Shown here: positions 9,254 to 17,805 of the stretch, piece by piece
How positions within the stretch are numbered: position 1 is the stretch's first letter
How the letters are laid out: each line of letters begins with the position of its first letter
From: an uncultured Lentisphaeria bacterium
Lineage (GTDB): Bacteria; Verrucomicrobiota; Lentisphaeria; JABSQK01; JAJFLO01
Direction of reading: 5' to 3'
NCBI GenBank assembly: GCA_951812855.1
Contig: OX638337.1
Coordinates: 1,650,001 to 1,682,000 of the forward strand
DNA length: 32,000 nt
Made by a program: the position numbers and the translations under genes
The notes under the pieces: model-generated
Database searches by the model: none
Told to the model about the DNA's origin: nothing
What the model saw: the letters and a program-made list of their open reading frames with translations, nothing else

Positions 9254-9387
9254 GAAATCTGGGAAAATCGAACGATACCATAGAGTGTGAAACATAAAAG
9301 GAAAACAGAGGTCATGCAGTGTCAAAAACCTGATCGTTTTCGGTATTGCAGGGATTTTATAAAATCTCAGTGCTTTTCTGTTCTATC

Positions 9388-9596
9388 TTATTTTTCCAGA
9401 TTCATTGCTTCTGATCGTGTTACAAAATTCTCATAATGAATTAAGCATCATGGTTCACCATGACGCCTGGTATATTTCGAATTCGTTTCGTATTGAATGG
9501 GTCGTTATGTTCATTAATTCGGCGGATGATATCGTTTGTTTGCCCAATGAACGTCTTGCCGTCTGGATTGGCAATAATATAAAACTTGAATGACAT
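9388..9596 (-). pseudogene. GIY-YIG nuclease family (UPF0213-like) gene with one frameshift and one in-frame TGA
   Basis: MSFKFYIIANPDGKTFIGQTNDIIRRINEHN carries the GIY-YIG N-terminal motif. After a 1-nt shift at an A-run the homology continues as KYTRRHGEP[TGA]CLIHYENFVTRSEAMNLEK. The TGA at 9448-9450 falls where family members have the conserved Trp (PW.Lvy.E.F). The span is 209 nt, which is not a multiple of 3. Confidence 0.6.
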
Positions 9597-9636
9597 ACGG
9601 AAGTTGGCAGGATATTCCAAAATTCACAAAGTAACC

Positions 9637-9711
9637 TGGCTCCGGCAGTTGGATTCGAACCAACGACCAAGTGGTTAACAGCCACCTACTCTACCGCTGA
9701 GCTATGCCGGA
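9637..9711 (-). tRNA. tRNA-Asn (anticodon GTT), with CCA encoded
   Basis: The reverse complement reads UCCGGCAUAGCUCAGCGGUAGAGUAGGUGGCUGUUAACCACUUGGUCGUUGGUUCGAAUCCAACUGCCGGAGCCA. It folds as a cloverleaf with a 7-bp acceptor stem, anticodon loop CUGUUAA, a T-loop GGUUCGAAUCC and a terminal CCA. Confidence 0.93.
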
Positions 9712-9931
9712 AAATTGTTTTTGTAAACCTGACTTGTATACCTATGTATATCAGTCGGGCAGGTAACAACAGTAATCAGGAGTATTCGGAATTCAAATTA
9801 ATTCAAAGTAAATATTTCTATTAAAATCATTTTAATTAAGAAACCGATACAAAAATATAAAAATGATTAACTAAATTCCATTCATTTGTTATTTTCAAGA
9901 TGTTTTTTATAGAATGTAACTTACTCTTTAT

Positions 9932-10846
9932 TCAGTCATAAAACGAAATTACCTCATCAATAGAGGCACGATTTGACAGTATCATTAAAAAACGATCCAC
10001 CCCCAATGCACACCCTGCACACTCCGGCAAGCCATACTTTAGAGCACGGATAAAATCCTCATCTATCGGATAGACTTCACGATTATTCTTCTTTCGAAGT
10101 TCTGCCGTATTTATGAACCGTCTTAATTGTTCTTCATGATCAATTAATTCACTGTATGCATTAGCAATTTCTAAGCCTCCGATATACAACTCCCAACGCT
10201 CAGCCAGTTTGCTGTTCGATTTTGAAGCACGTGCAAGGGCACCCAATTCGATTGGAAAATCGATTAGGACAGTTGCTCTGTCAGGTGAAAATTCTGGTTC
10301 AATTTCATCGGTAAGCAGTTCTTCAAATTGATTATTTTTCATGGCCTCCCCAACCGTTTTGTCCGTGAAAGTTGTAAACGCATTTTCAACGGTTAACTGC
10401 TCCCATTCTTCACCGACATTAATCGTCTGTTCACCATAGGTGAATTTCTGATTGTTCAGTAGATTGCTGCATACATATCGGACAAGCTCTTTTGTTTGAT
10501 TCAGTATGTCCATGTAGTTAAAGCCGGCAACATACCATTCCAACATCGAAAATTCGGGGTTATGAAGTCGCCCCTTTTCTCCATTTCGGAAACAGCTTCC
10601 GATCTGAAAGATTCGTTTGCAATCAGCGCTGAGCAGGCGTTTCATGTGTAATTCCGGAGAGGTACGAAGATAGTGGTTATTACACCTGACAGCATCAATA
10701 TGATCTTCTAATGCAGGTGTTTTAACGATAATTGGAGTGCAAACTTCAGTAAAATCATTTAAGTAGAAAAAGTCTCTAACCAGCTTCAGAAGTTGACTTC
10801 GCAATATTAAATTGTCACGCCTTATTAACGCGTTCGACATAGGCAC
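9932..10846 (-). CDS. epmA: EF-P--(R)-beta-lysine ligase (PoxA/GenX, class II LysRS paralog)
   Basis: FFYLNDFTEVCTPII, LRTSPELHMKRLL, IFQIGSCFRNGEKGRLHNPEFSMLEWY and GCALGVDRFLMIL are the class II aaRS motifs in the EpmA arrangement. The gene lies downstream of efp and overlaps it by 32 nt. Confidence 0.9.
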   Translation of the reverse strand: MPMSNALIRRDNLILRSQLLKLVRDFFYLNDFTEVCTPIIVKTPALEDHIDAVRCNNHYLRTSPELHMKRLLSADCKRIFQIGSCFRNGEKGRLHNPEFSMLEWYVAGFNYMDILNQTKELVRYVCSNLLNNQKFTYGEQTINVGEEWEQLTVENAFTTFTDKTVGEAMKNNQFEELLTDEIEPEFSPDRATVLIDFPIELGALARASKSNSKLAERWELYIGGLEIANAYSELIDHEEQLRRFINTAELRKKNNREVYPIDEDFIRALKYGLPECAGCALGVDRFLMILSNRASIDEVISFYD

Positions 10847-11381
10847 CGGTCCGGGTATCTAATTTGACGATATCCCCTTCGTTAACAAATAAAGGCACTT
10901 GTATTTCGTACCCATTTTCAAGTGTTGCCGGTTTTACAACATTGGTTGCTGTATCACCCTTAATTCCGGGTTCAGTCTCTTTTATTACTTTTTCAATGAA
11001 GACAGGAAGCGTCACGTCGATCGGATCATCGTTAAAGAGTAATATTCTGCATTCAGCATTTTCAATTAAAAAATTTACATTATTCCCTAAAATTTCAGAT
11101 TTTACATATAGTTCTTCATATGTTTTATCATCACTGAATACATAACGATCACCATCTTCATAACAATAAATACATTCTCTCTCTTCTAACTCGGGTTTAC
11201 CGATTTTGTCACTGGCCCGATACGTTTTATCCATTGTGGTTCCTGTTATCATATTCTTCAGTTTACATCGATAGAGTGCTTGACCCTTTCCGGGTTTATA
11301 AAAATCAAAATCAGTAACAGCCCATGGCTGATTATCAATCTCTATTTTCAAACCTTTACGCAAATCAGAACTGTTATACAT
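10815..11381 (-). CDS. efp: Translation elongation factor P
   Basis: The 188-aa ORF contains SDLRKGLKIEIDNQPWAVTDFDFYKPGKGQA and GDTATNVVKPATLENGYEIQVPLFVNEGD. It carries the conserved KPGKG loop that EpmA modifies. Confidence 0.95.
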   Translation of the reverse strand: MYNSSDLRKGLKIEIDNQPWAVTDFDFYKPGKGQALYRCKLKNMITGTTMDKTYRASDKIGKPELEERECIYCYEDGDRYVFSDDKTYEELYVKSEILGNNVNFLIENAECRILLFNDDPIDVTLPVFIEKVIKETEPGIKGDTATNVVKPATLENGYEIQVPLFVNEGDIVKLDTRTGAYVERVNKA

Positions 11382-11467
11382 AGTGACCTTTCGTTATCTA
11401 TTGCTAATATTGAGTGGATTTTTTGCAAAAATTCATTATATCAATGCCCCTGCTGAAGGCATAAATT

Positions 11468-11497
11468 AAGATAACATTTTCATGCTGCCTATGTCAA
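11468..11497 (-). promoter_or_regulatory. Candidate sigma70-type promoter for efp-epmA
   Basis: On the minus strand, TTGACA (11492-11497) is followed by an 18-nt spacer and TATCTT (11468-11473), about 87 nt upstream of the efp ATG. This is a pattern match only. Confidence 0.25.
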
Positions 11498-11892
11498 GTG
11501 TGCGGTTGACAGGCATTTGGGATTCCTTCATTACACAACACATTTTAGCTGTATTTCATATACGCTGAGTTCTTAAGAGAAGGTAATGAAGTATCCCGTA
11601 AGACTTACAACATATACCGGAAGCAGGAATCGTCATACTGGATTTTCCGTTTCGTGCAGGTCGGTATGCCAGGTGTTCTGAACGATTCTCTATATCAATT
11701 TATAGTTGCCATAGAATAACGATCAGATGATTATAGAGATCAGTTTTTTTGTGGGAAATTTAACCAGCCGCCGGAGAATTCCCCACATCCACTATATGTG
11801 TAATACTATCTCCTCAATCAAAATAAAACTCGATTAAGATTAAAAGTAAGAGTGACCTTGCCCCTTATAAAACTAGACCGTTTTGAAAGAGA

Positions 11893-12291
11893 TTATTTAT
11901 TAGAGTTATTTTTATTCGGTTGGTTTTGATTGCGAACGGATTCAATTTCATCATGGATTTGTTGCTTAATGATTGCTTGATTTTGAAACTTTTTGGTATT
12001 ATTTTTCAAGTGTTTTTTACGAACCGCTTCTTTTCTTGCCTTTTTCCTGATTTTTTCTTGAGGATCATTGTCAACTTGATCATTATTTTGTCGTTCTGTA
12101 CTTTCGAAGTATTCTAATCGGCCATTTAAGTTGTCATGCAAGGCTTTTTGCACATTATGATACTTATCAATTTTCTGCTGTAATTGAATTGGTAAATTAT
12201 CTTTACTATTGGTCTATGAATTTACTTGTAAACTTAAAAACGAAATGCTTAGATATAATGATATTATTGAGATAGAAATACCTTTTTTCAT
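11893..12291 (-). pseudogene. Small secreted Lys/Gln-rich protein with an in-frame TAG just after the signal peptide
   Basis: The ATG at 12291 gives MKKGISISIISLYLSISFLSLQVNS[TAG 12214-12216]TNSKDNLPIQLQQKIDKYHNV. This is in frame with the track ORF 11893-12153. The mature part is low-complexity and K/Q/N-rich. Confidence 0.45.
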
Positions 12292-12390
12292 TTTATTATT
12301 TTCCTTATATAGTTTAGATTGATGTAGTTTTGTTACTTTATACTAAGTAATAGTACTCAAAAATAAAAATATTTTTTCCCAATCCTTTTT

Positions 12391-12717
12391 TTAATATTCC
12401 TTTTGTTTTTCTCCACCTGTATCAAAAAATAAGTCTATATATTCCTCAGGGGGAGAATCATCATCGCGCATCAACGAGAAAATTTCTGAACCTGATTCCG
12501 GTTTATCTATGTAAGTGTGGTAACCTTGTGCCAATCCTATGTAAATGCATTCCTTCGATTCCTTGTACTGATGCGCTTCATTTTCAGCCATCTCTACAGC
12601 TTGTTTTAAATCACTAGCTTTCCAAAGTAAAATCCTTTCCTCATATAAGAATTCTTCTTTACTTTTTTCAAGTTTTGGGTGACGAAAGATACAGCGTACT
12701 GAATGCCATTTTTCCAT
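12391..12717 (-). CDS. Hypothetical protein, DUF4288-like pattern
   Basis: The 108-aa ORF has KWHSVRCIF...LYEERILLWKASDLKQAVEMAENEA...GSEIFSLMR, which resembles the DUF4288 pattern as recalled from memory. This was not verified. Confidence 0.55.
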   Translation of the reverse strand: MEKWHSVRCIFRHPKLEKSKEEFLYEERILLWKASDLKQAVEMAENEAHQYKESKECIYIGLAQGYHTYIDKPESGSEIFSLMRDDDSPPEEYIDLFFDTGGEKQKEY

Positions 12718-13384
12718 AATTTCCTCTTTGTAGATAATCGGTAAATTTAGATATATTCAAAATCAATGATATTCTTCTAACTATGTTATGAAAGTAATTT
12801 TCCAGAGTTTAGCAGTATTCTAAGACTAATTTATTTCAAAAAAATGAATACTAAACAAGATATATAAATTCTTGCATGAAGACCTACATAGGCAACTTAA
12901 AAATTTATTCATGCTTCTACTATCATCGCTTTAATTTTTGCATCTACGGGAATGATTAAACTCAAAATTACTATATGAGCACGTCAATCAAACATCTTTA
13001 TAGTTGATTACTTGTAATTGAGAAAATTGATACTCACTTCATATCCCTAATTAATTATGCAATTACAGGGGTGTCCTGTTTTTTATTTTTCTCTTCTGAA
13101 AGCATAAAAGTGAAGTGATCAGACGTGAAAGGTGAATTCTATCCGTTTTGGTTGGGCAATGTTTTTTATTCAAGCAGAAAGATCAGAAAGAACCGAATAA
13201 TCGAAAAAAATCGATTTCTCGGACAAAACAAATGTGTTTACAACTTGCAAAACCTCATATGGGCGACCCTGAGCTGCCATTAGTAATGTTTTTCCCGTTC
13301 AATCAAAAGTAATAAATCTAATACCGTATTTATTTTGTTTTGATTTTGACTTATTTTGCAAGACTCCTTTAGCCATTCTTCCAA

Positions 13385-13675
13385 TTATTCTGTTCCTAAA
13401 CCTATATCCCAAGAATCGATGTCAATAAATTTTTTCAAGGGATCATCTGGTCTAATTAATCGCGGATCAATCGAATAACACTCCCCCAGTTTCTCGAATA
13501 CTTTTTGGAAATTTGAATACTCTAATCTATAATCTTTAATCAGATCGTCATATAACGTTTTTAATGGCAGTGGTTCTCTAAATCCAAATAGTTGTTTTCT
13601 AATTTTTTGCCGATAAACTGATGTTAAAAAAAGCCAAATTAGAAATATTAGAAAAATTGTTATCAATTTAGTCAT
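13385..13675 (-). CDS. Putative immunity protein for orphan cassette 3 (N-terminal TM anchor)
   Basis: The 96-aa ORF has a hydrophobic N-terminus (MTKLITIFLIFLIWLFLTSV). Its ATG overlaps the stop of the upstream toxin-tip frame in an ATGA junction at 13671-13675, which is typical of toxin-immunity coupling. Confidence 0.55.
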   Translation of the reverse strand: MTKLITIFLIFLIWLFLTSVYRQKIRKQLFGFREPLPLKTLYDDLIKDYRLEYSNFQKVFEKLGECYSIDPRLIRPDDPLKKFIDIDSWDIGLGTE

Positions 13676-13990
13676 GGATTTGTAATAGATGACGGAAGAT
13701 TGACATATACTGCCCCTCCAATAAAAACACCTGCATTATAATAACCGATTCCCACTGTAATTGATCCAATAAATTCAGCTCCTTTTCTTATAATGGCAGT
13801 TCTTGCACCAGATACTCCTCTCAGTTAAACTTTTGTCACCCGGTTCCAAACCTAGGGCATCGTAAAGAGTTATCGGATTGTTTGTTACAAACTGATATAA
13901 ATTTATTCCACGTCCTTCACCTACCGGGTCTCTACTTAACCACCGCATGGAATCGGGATCATACCAGCGGCAGCCATAGTATATTCTCAA
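13671..13990 (-). pseudogene. Orphan RHS core-end plus C-terminal tip cassette 3, frameshifted
   Basis: RIYYGCRWYDPDSMRWLSRDPVGEGRGINLYQFVTNNPITLYDALGLEP is nearly identical at the DNA level to the core end of the main RHS gene. After a frameshift near 13825-13835 the tip continues as LRGVSGARTAIIRKGAEFIGSITVGIGYYNAGVFIGGAVYVNLPSSITNP. Confidence 0.65.
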
Positions 13991-14047
13991 AGGCGTGTCC
14001 TTTATTTACTTATTTATCTTGGCAGAATTCCTTGTGATACTGCCTGC

Positions 14048-14392
14048 TTAGTCAAGAGAAATAAGACCAAGAAACTTAAAAACAAGTACAGAAAAAATAC
14101 CTGACGCCATCCACAACAACATTCGTTTGTATGTTGACAAATAAAAATTTTGAAATTCTTCGCTCAAGAACTGTGAACGAGCTTTGGGGTCGATTATCGC
14201 CTGCCAAATATATTTAGGATCTGAAGTAGATATCAGTAATGGTATTTGAAATGAAACAATACCCCAAAAAATCAATGCAATATCACTATCCGTAGCCGTA
14301 GATATATACTTCCAACCGGATATACATAATGGTAAGAATATGACCCCGCATAGGACTGATGTAGCAGGCTGTCGAAAATCATACTTGTTCAT
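14048..14392 (-). CDS. Small integral membrane protein, about 3 TM segments (possible immunity component)
   Basis: The 114-aa ORF has three hydrophobic stretches: VLCGVIFLPLCISGW, IALIFWGIVSFQIPLLI and MLLWMASGIFSVLVFKFLGLI. Confidence 0.6.
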   Translation of the reverse strand: MNKYDFRQPATSVLCGVIFLPLCISGWKYISTATDSDIALIFWGIVSFQIPLLISTSDPKYIWQAIIDPKARSQFLSEEFQNFYLSTYKRMLLWMASGIFSVLVFKFLGLISLD

Positions 14393-14454
14393 AATAGTAG
14401 AGGGAGACCATTTTCCTAATTAAATCAGAACTTATTAAATTTCCCATTTCAGTT

Positions 14455-15102
14455 TTAGCGTTTCTCTGTCAGTTCATGTAGTGCGTTCTCAATTGATGAT
14501 TTTGCTGCAACTGTTTTTTCTTTTACTAATGCTTTAGATAGCACATCAATAATAGTTGCAGAATTTTCTGATGTGATCAAATCTAATATAAGGTTTGCGG
14601 CAGCACAACGTATTCGATAGAATTCATGATCAAGGCCTTCAAGAAAGAGTTTGAAATATTTATATTCTCCAAGTTTCGTTAAAGCATAATAAATGCGAAT
14701 TTTTTCTTCTTCTTTTGACTTAGGCAATTGTTGTTGCAGAACGTGGATTTTGTCTTTATCTCCAATATTTCCGATAGCAATAACCGCTTCAGATCGAACA
14801 AGTTCGTCTTCATCATCTAATAATTCGATAATATTATTAAGAGCGTCAAAAACCTTCCAATCTCCAAGAATTTCAAGAGCTGCAACACGCACTAATTCAT
14901 CTTGGTCAATGAGCGATCTGACAACTTGGTTTTTAACCTCCGGTAAATTGATTAAACCAAGTGCTTCAACTGCCCTGAATCTAACTTCAGAATCATCGTT
15001 ACTACAGTATTTTATTAACGTCTGAATTCGATCGATAATTTCTTCTGAAAGATTTTCAATTTCTTCAAGTTCTTTGATTTTTCCCAGGTAATTTTCTGAC
15101 AT
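14455..15102 (-). CDS. HEAT-repeat protein (PBS-lyase HEAT-like repeats)
   Basis: Units of about 31 aa recur: DDSEVRFRAVEALGLI, DQDELVRVAALEILGDW, DEDELVRSEAVIAIGNIG and HEFYRIRCAAANLIL. Confidence 0.8.
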   Translation of the reverse strand: MSENYLGKIKELEEIENLSEEIIDRIQTLIKYCSNDDSEVRFRAVEALGLINLPEVKNQVVRSLIDQDELVRVAALEILGDWKVFDALNNIIELLDDEDELVRSEAVIAIGNIGDKDKIHVLQQQLPKSKEEEKIRIYYALTKLGEYKYFKLFLEGLDHEFYRIRCAAANLILDLITSENSATIIDVLSKALVKEKTVAAKSSIENALHELTEKR

Positions 15103-15170
15103 GTTATATATCCATAGATTAGGCAGGAAAAATAAATTTTCCGAATGGTTTTAAGCAACATTATGGGACA

Positions 15171-15911
15171 TTAATTACAATTCCGCTTCGATTTATTTCT
15201 ATTTTTTCGAAATTTATCTTCTTCATCTCTCTTCTTGATTTTCTCTTCTTCAAGTCGAATGCTGTTGATGACCTTATTGATACTGTCAATTTGCTCTTGA
15301 TCTTTTTTTTGCTTAACAACAGCCTCTAACTTACTACGAATTTCCGTACGGTTCTCGTCATTGACTAACTCACGGAGATCATTTGCAGAGGATATTACAA
15401 CACGAGTATTTTCGTGGTCTAATCGGGCGACGAGCCTGCCAAAATATTCATCTTTTCCCAACCTAATGAGTGCAAAATAGATTGATCCCAGCTCCAATTC
15501 ACCTGCTTTGAGGAGACGTTCTTCCAAAAGAGTTATTGAGCTTTTAACTCCTATCTCGCCTATCGCAGTAGCAGCCCAGGATCTGCAAATCTCATTTGGT
15601 TCTTCCTCTTCGTCGATAAAATCAACAACCCAATCAAGAAAAACCACATGCTTCCATTCAGAAATGCACCTTAACGCTCCAGCACGGACATTTGCATCTT
15701 CATCATAAAGGGCCTCTTTCAAACGCTCTTCAACTTCCCATGTCCGAAGTTTCCAAAGTTGATCAATAGCACTCTCTCTGATTTTCGAATTTTCATGCTC
15801 AAGCAGTTTGATCAATCGATCTACATCGCATCCAATTCTGTGGGAAATAGTTTCTATCTCTTGCAAACAATTACGTTCTTCATCGTTGTTTTCCATAAAT
15901 CCTGTACTCAC
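15171..15911 (-). CDS. HEAT-repeat protein with a Lys/Glu-rich C-terminal tail
   Basis: HEAT-like units are present: ENSKIRESAIDQLWKL, DEDANVRAGALRCISEW, ICRSWAATAIGEIG and HENTRVVISSANDL. It is a paralog-like neighbour of 14455-15102. Confidence 0.8.
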   Translation of the reverse strand: MSTGFMENNDEERNCLQEIETISHRIGCDVDRLIKLLEHENSKIRESAIDQLWKLRTWEVEERLKEALYDEDANVRAGALRCISEWKHVVFLDWVVDFIDEEEEPNEICRSWAATAIGEIGVKSSITLLEERLLKAGELELGSIYFALIRLGKDEYFGRLVARLDHENTRVVISSANDLRELVNDENRTEIRSKLEAVVKQKKDQEQIDSINKVINSIRLEEEKIKKRDEEDKFRKNRNKSKRNCN

Positions 15912-15946
15912 TTGGATTAATTTTTTTCCAGTTAGTATAGCTAAAA

Positions 15947-16474
15947 TTAATTACATGCATTTTTCTTTTGTCGTTTTTCTTTCAATTCCTTTCTTTTTTG
16001 TTTGCCACTTTTGGGAGGCGGCTTCTGGTCGTTCATCTGTCGATTCTGTCTCTTTTTATTCGCCTTTTCTTGTGTTGTTCTTTTACCTCCACCTCCAGTT
16101 TCCCTGATATTATTTTTACCATATTGAGCCATCGCCGTTATTGTCTGATCGACGATGACTGCAGTCGCGCCGAAGCCTAATCCAATTGCTATTGCTGCTG
16201 TGCCTCCCGGAGAAAAAACTGGTACAAGGACTAGTGGATTTTCTCCAAGTGCATCAAGAAATACTATGGGATTGTTGGCGACAAACCTATGTAAATTTAT
16301 TCCACCTCCTTCACCTAATGGATCTCTTGATATCCACCGCATTGATTCTGGATCATACCAACGATAACCATAGTAAATTAAACCTGATTCAGCATCTCTG
16401 TACTTTGTGGAAAAACCGAAATTTTGAACGTAAGTTTCGGAAGTTCCGCTCAACTTTCCAAGGGGATTATACAA
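15947..16474 (-). CDS. Orphan RHS core-end plus C-terminal toxin tip cassette 2
   Basis: YNPLGKLSGTSETYVQNFGFSTKYRDAESGLIYYGYRWYDPESMRWISRDPLGEGGGINLHRFVANNPIVFLDALGENP parallels the last 80 aa of the main RHS gene. A unique 95-aa tip follows, with a Gly/Ala-rich hydrophobic segment and a polybasic tail. Confidence 0.8.
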   Translation of the reverse strand: MYNPLGKLSGTSETYVQNFGFSTKYRDAESGLIYYGYRWYDPESMRWISRDPLGEGGGINLHRFVANNPIVFLDALGENPLVLVPVFSPGGTAAIAIGLGFGATAVIVDQTITAMAQYGKNNIRETGGGGKRTTQEKANKKRQNRQMNDQKPPPKSGKQKRKELKEKRQKKNACN

Positions 16475-16560
16475 AAGTCCCCTAAAGAATGCCTACTAAC
16501 AGTTTTTAAGTCATCAAAAATTGACAATACATATCTTAACTGGTGGCAAGAAGCTATACG

Positions 16561-17121
16561 CTAATTCGGATATTTGTTCATTGTGGATAACGTTTCGATT
16601 ATTCTTTCATCCTGTGAATCAACAAAAAGACGATCAACATCAAAAATGTAAAATCTTGATTCCCCATTTATTTCTCCGTCTTGGGTAAATCTATCTACAA
16701 CGATCAGCTCATCTCGAATTTCTTGTACTTTCCCAATTATTGAATACTCATCATCTTTTGTTTTAATATTAAAAAGGCAGATCTTTTGACGTTTAAAGGC
16801 TTGCTGCACTGTGATTTTGAACAAATCGCTATCAGCCTCTAATCTTGACTGTTGAATAAATTCTTCATGCTGCTGGTTTTGGGCCTCGTATAAATATTCT
16901 ATTTTCCTTTCATATTGTGTCCCTCTAACAACATGAAACAAATCTTCTAAACATCTAACTAAATAACCATCAGCCAGACCATATTCAGAGATGTGACGCA
17001 GTAGTACATGATTATTACTGACATAGTGAATGAAACCCACAGCACAGTTATGTGGGTCATATCTATCCGTGTATATTGATACAACTTCATTCAGGTATTT
17101 TAATGTTAAAAGCGGTTCCAT
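16561..17121 (-). CDS. Putative immunity protein, with an internally duplicated domain of about 70 aa
   Basis: This 186-aa acidic protein lies downstream of toxin tip 1. The N- and C-terminal halves share a pattern: VVSIYTDRYDPHNCAVGFIHYVSNNHVLLRHISEYGLADGYLVRCLEDLFHV versus ICLFNIKTKDDEYSIIGKVQEIRDELIVVDRFTQDGEINGESRFYIFDVDRLFV. Confidence 0.6.
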   Translation of the reverse strand: MEPLLTLKYLNEVVSIYTDRYDPHNCAVGFIHYVSNNHVLLRHISEYGLADGYLVRCLEDLFHVVRGTQYERKIEYLYEAQNQQHEEFIQQSRLEADSDLFKITVQQAFKRQKICLFNIKTKDDEYSIIGKVQEIRDELIVVDRFTQDGEINGESRFYIFDVDRLFVDSQDERIIETLSTMNKYPN

Positions 17122-17422
17122 TTTTCCTTTCCCCTAAATATATTGCCTCTAAATTTTATTTATTTCAATGATTATCGGAGCATCCTGCGAAAGTATGTTC
17201 GAGATTCTGAGTCCTGAAATTGCAAATTTTCTGAAGAAGTGTAGATGTGTATAACATTGTCTCTATGCGTTTTTTATGCGGTCAGTGACGATCTGGTTTT
17301 ATGAACAAGGTCCGGCCGAAAAGAGTTTTGCAAGATGCTCATCAAAATATAGCATAAGTATAAAGAAGGCATACGATATAAAACATTGTTTTTGCTATTT
17401 ACAGCTTTTCCCTCGTTTCTTT

Positions 17423-17805
17423 TTATTTCCTTTTCTTTTGAGGCTGCCTATATTTTAATTTCTTTTTTGATCCTGTTCTAGATGAATGTGCATCCGAATG
17501 TTTATCCCAATTTGAGGGTCTTTTGTTGTTACCGTGCCCTAATTCCGCTCCATTTGGAGCATCAAAGCCCCTACCCATTCTAGAAATCATGTCAACGAAC
17601 CAAGCTGTAAAACCAGCTGAGACAAGAATTTTCCCTGCACCTCCAGCCAGAGGAACAACTAATGGGTTTTCACCTAAAGCGTCAATAAATACAAGTGGAT
17701 TGTTGGCGACAAACTGATATAAATTTATTCCACCTCCTTCACCTACCGGGTCTCTACTTAACCACCGCATTGAATCGGGATCATACCAGCGATAACCATA
17801 ATATA
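17423..17805 (-). CDS. RHS core-end motif plus C-terminal toxin tip 1, out of frame with the RHS body
   Basis: (LIYYGYRWYDPDS)MRWLSRDPVGEGGGINLYQFVANNPLVFIDALGENP is followed by a 79-aa tip: LVVPLAGGAGKILVSAGFTAWFVDM...KKKLKYRQPQKKRK. It is separated from the body by the duplicated TTAAT at 17806-17815. Confidence 0.8.

Noticed and set aside
9455-9685. Track ORF of 76 aa on the minus strand
   Set aside because: It overlaps the tRNA-Asn gene (9637-9711) and the GIY-YIG pseudogene in a different frame. It is an artefact of ORF calling.
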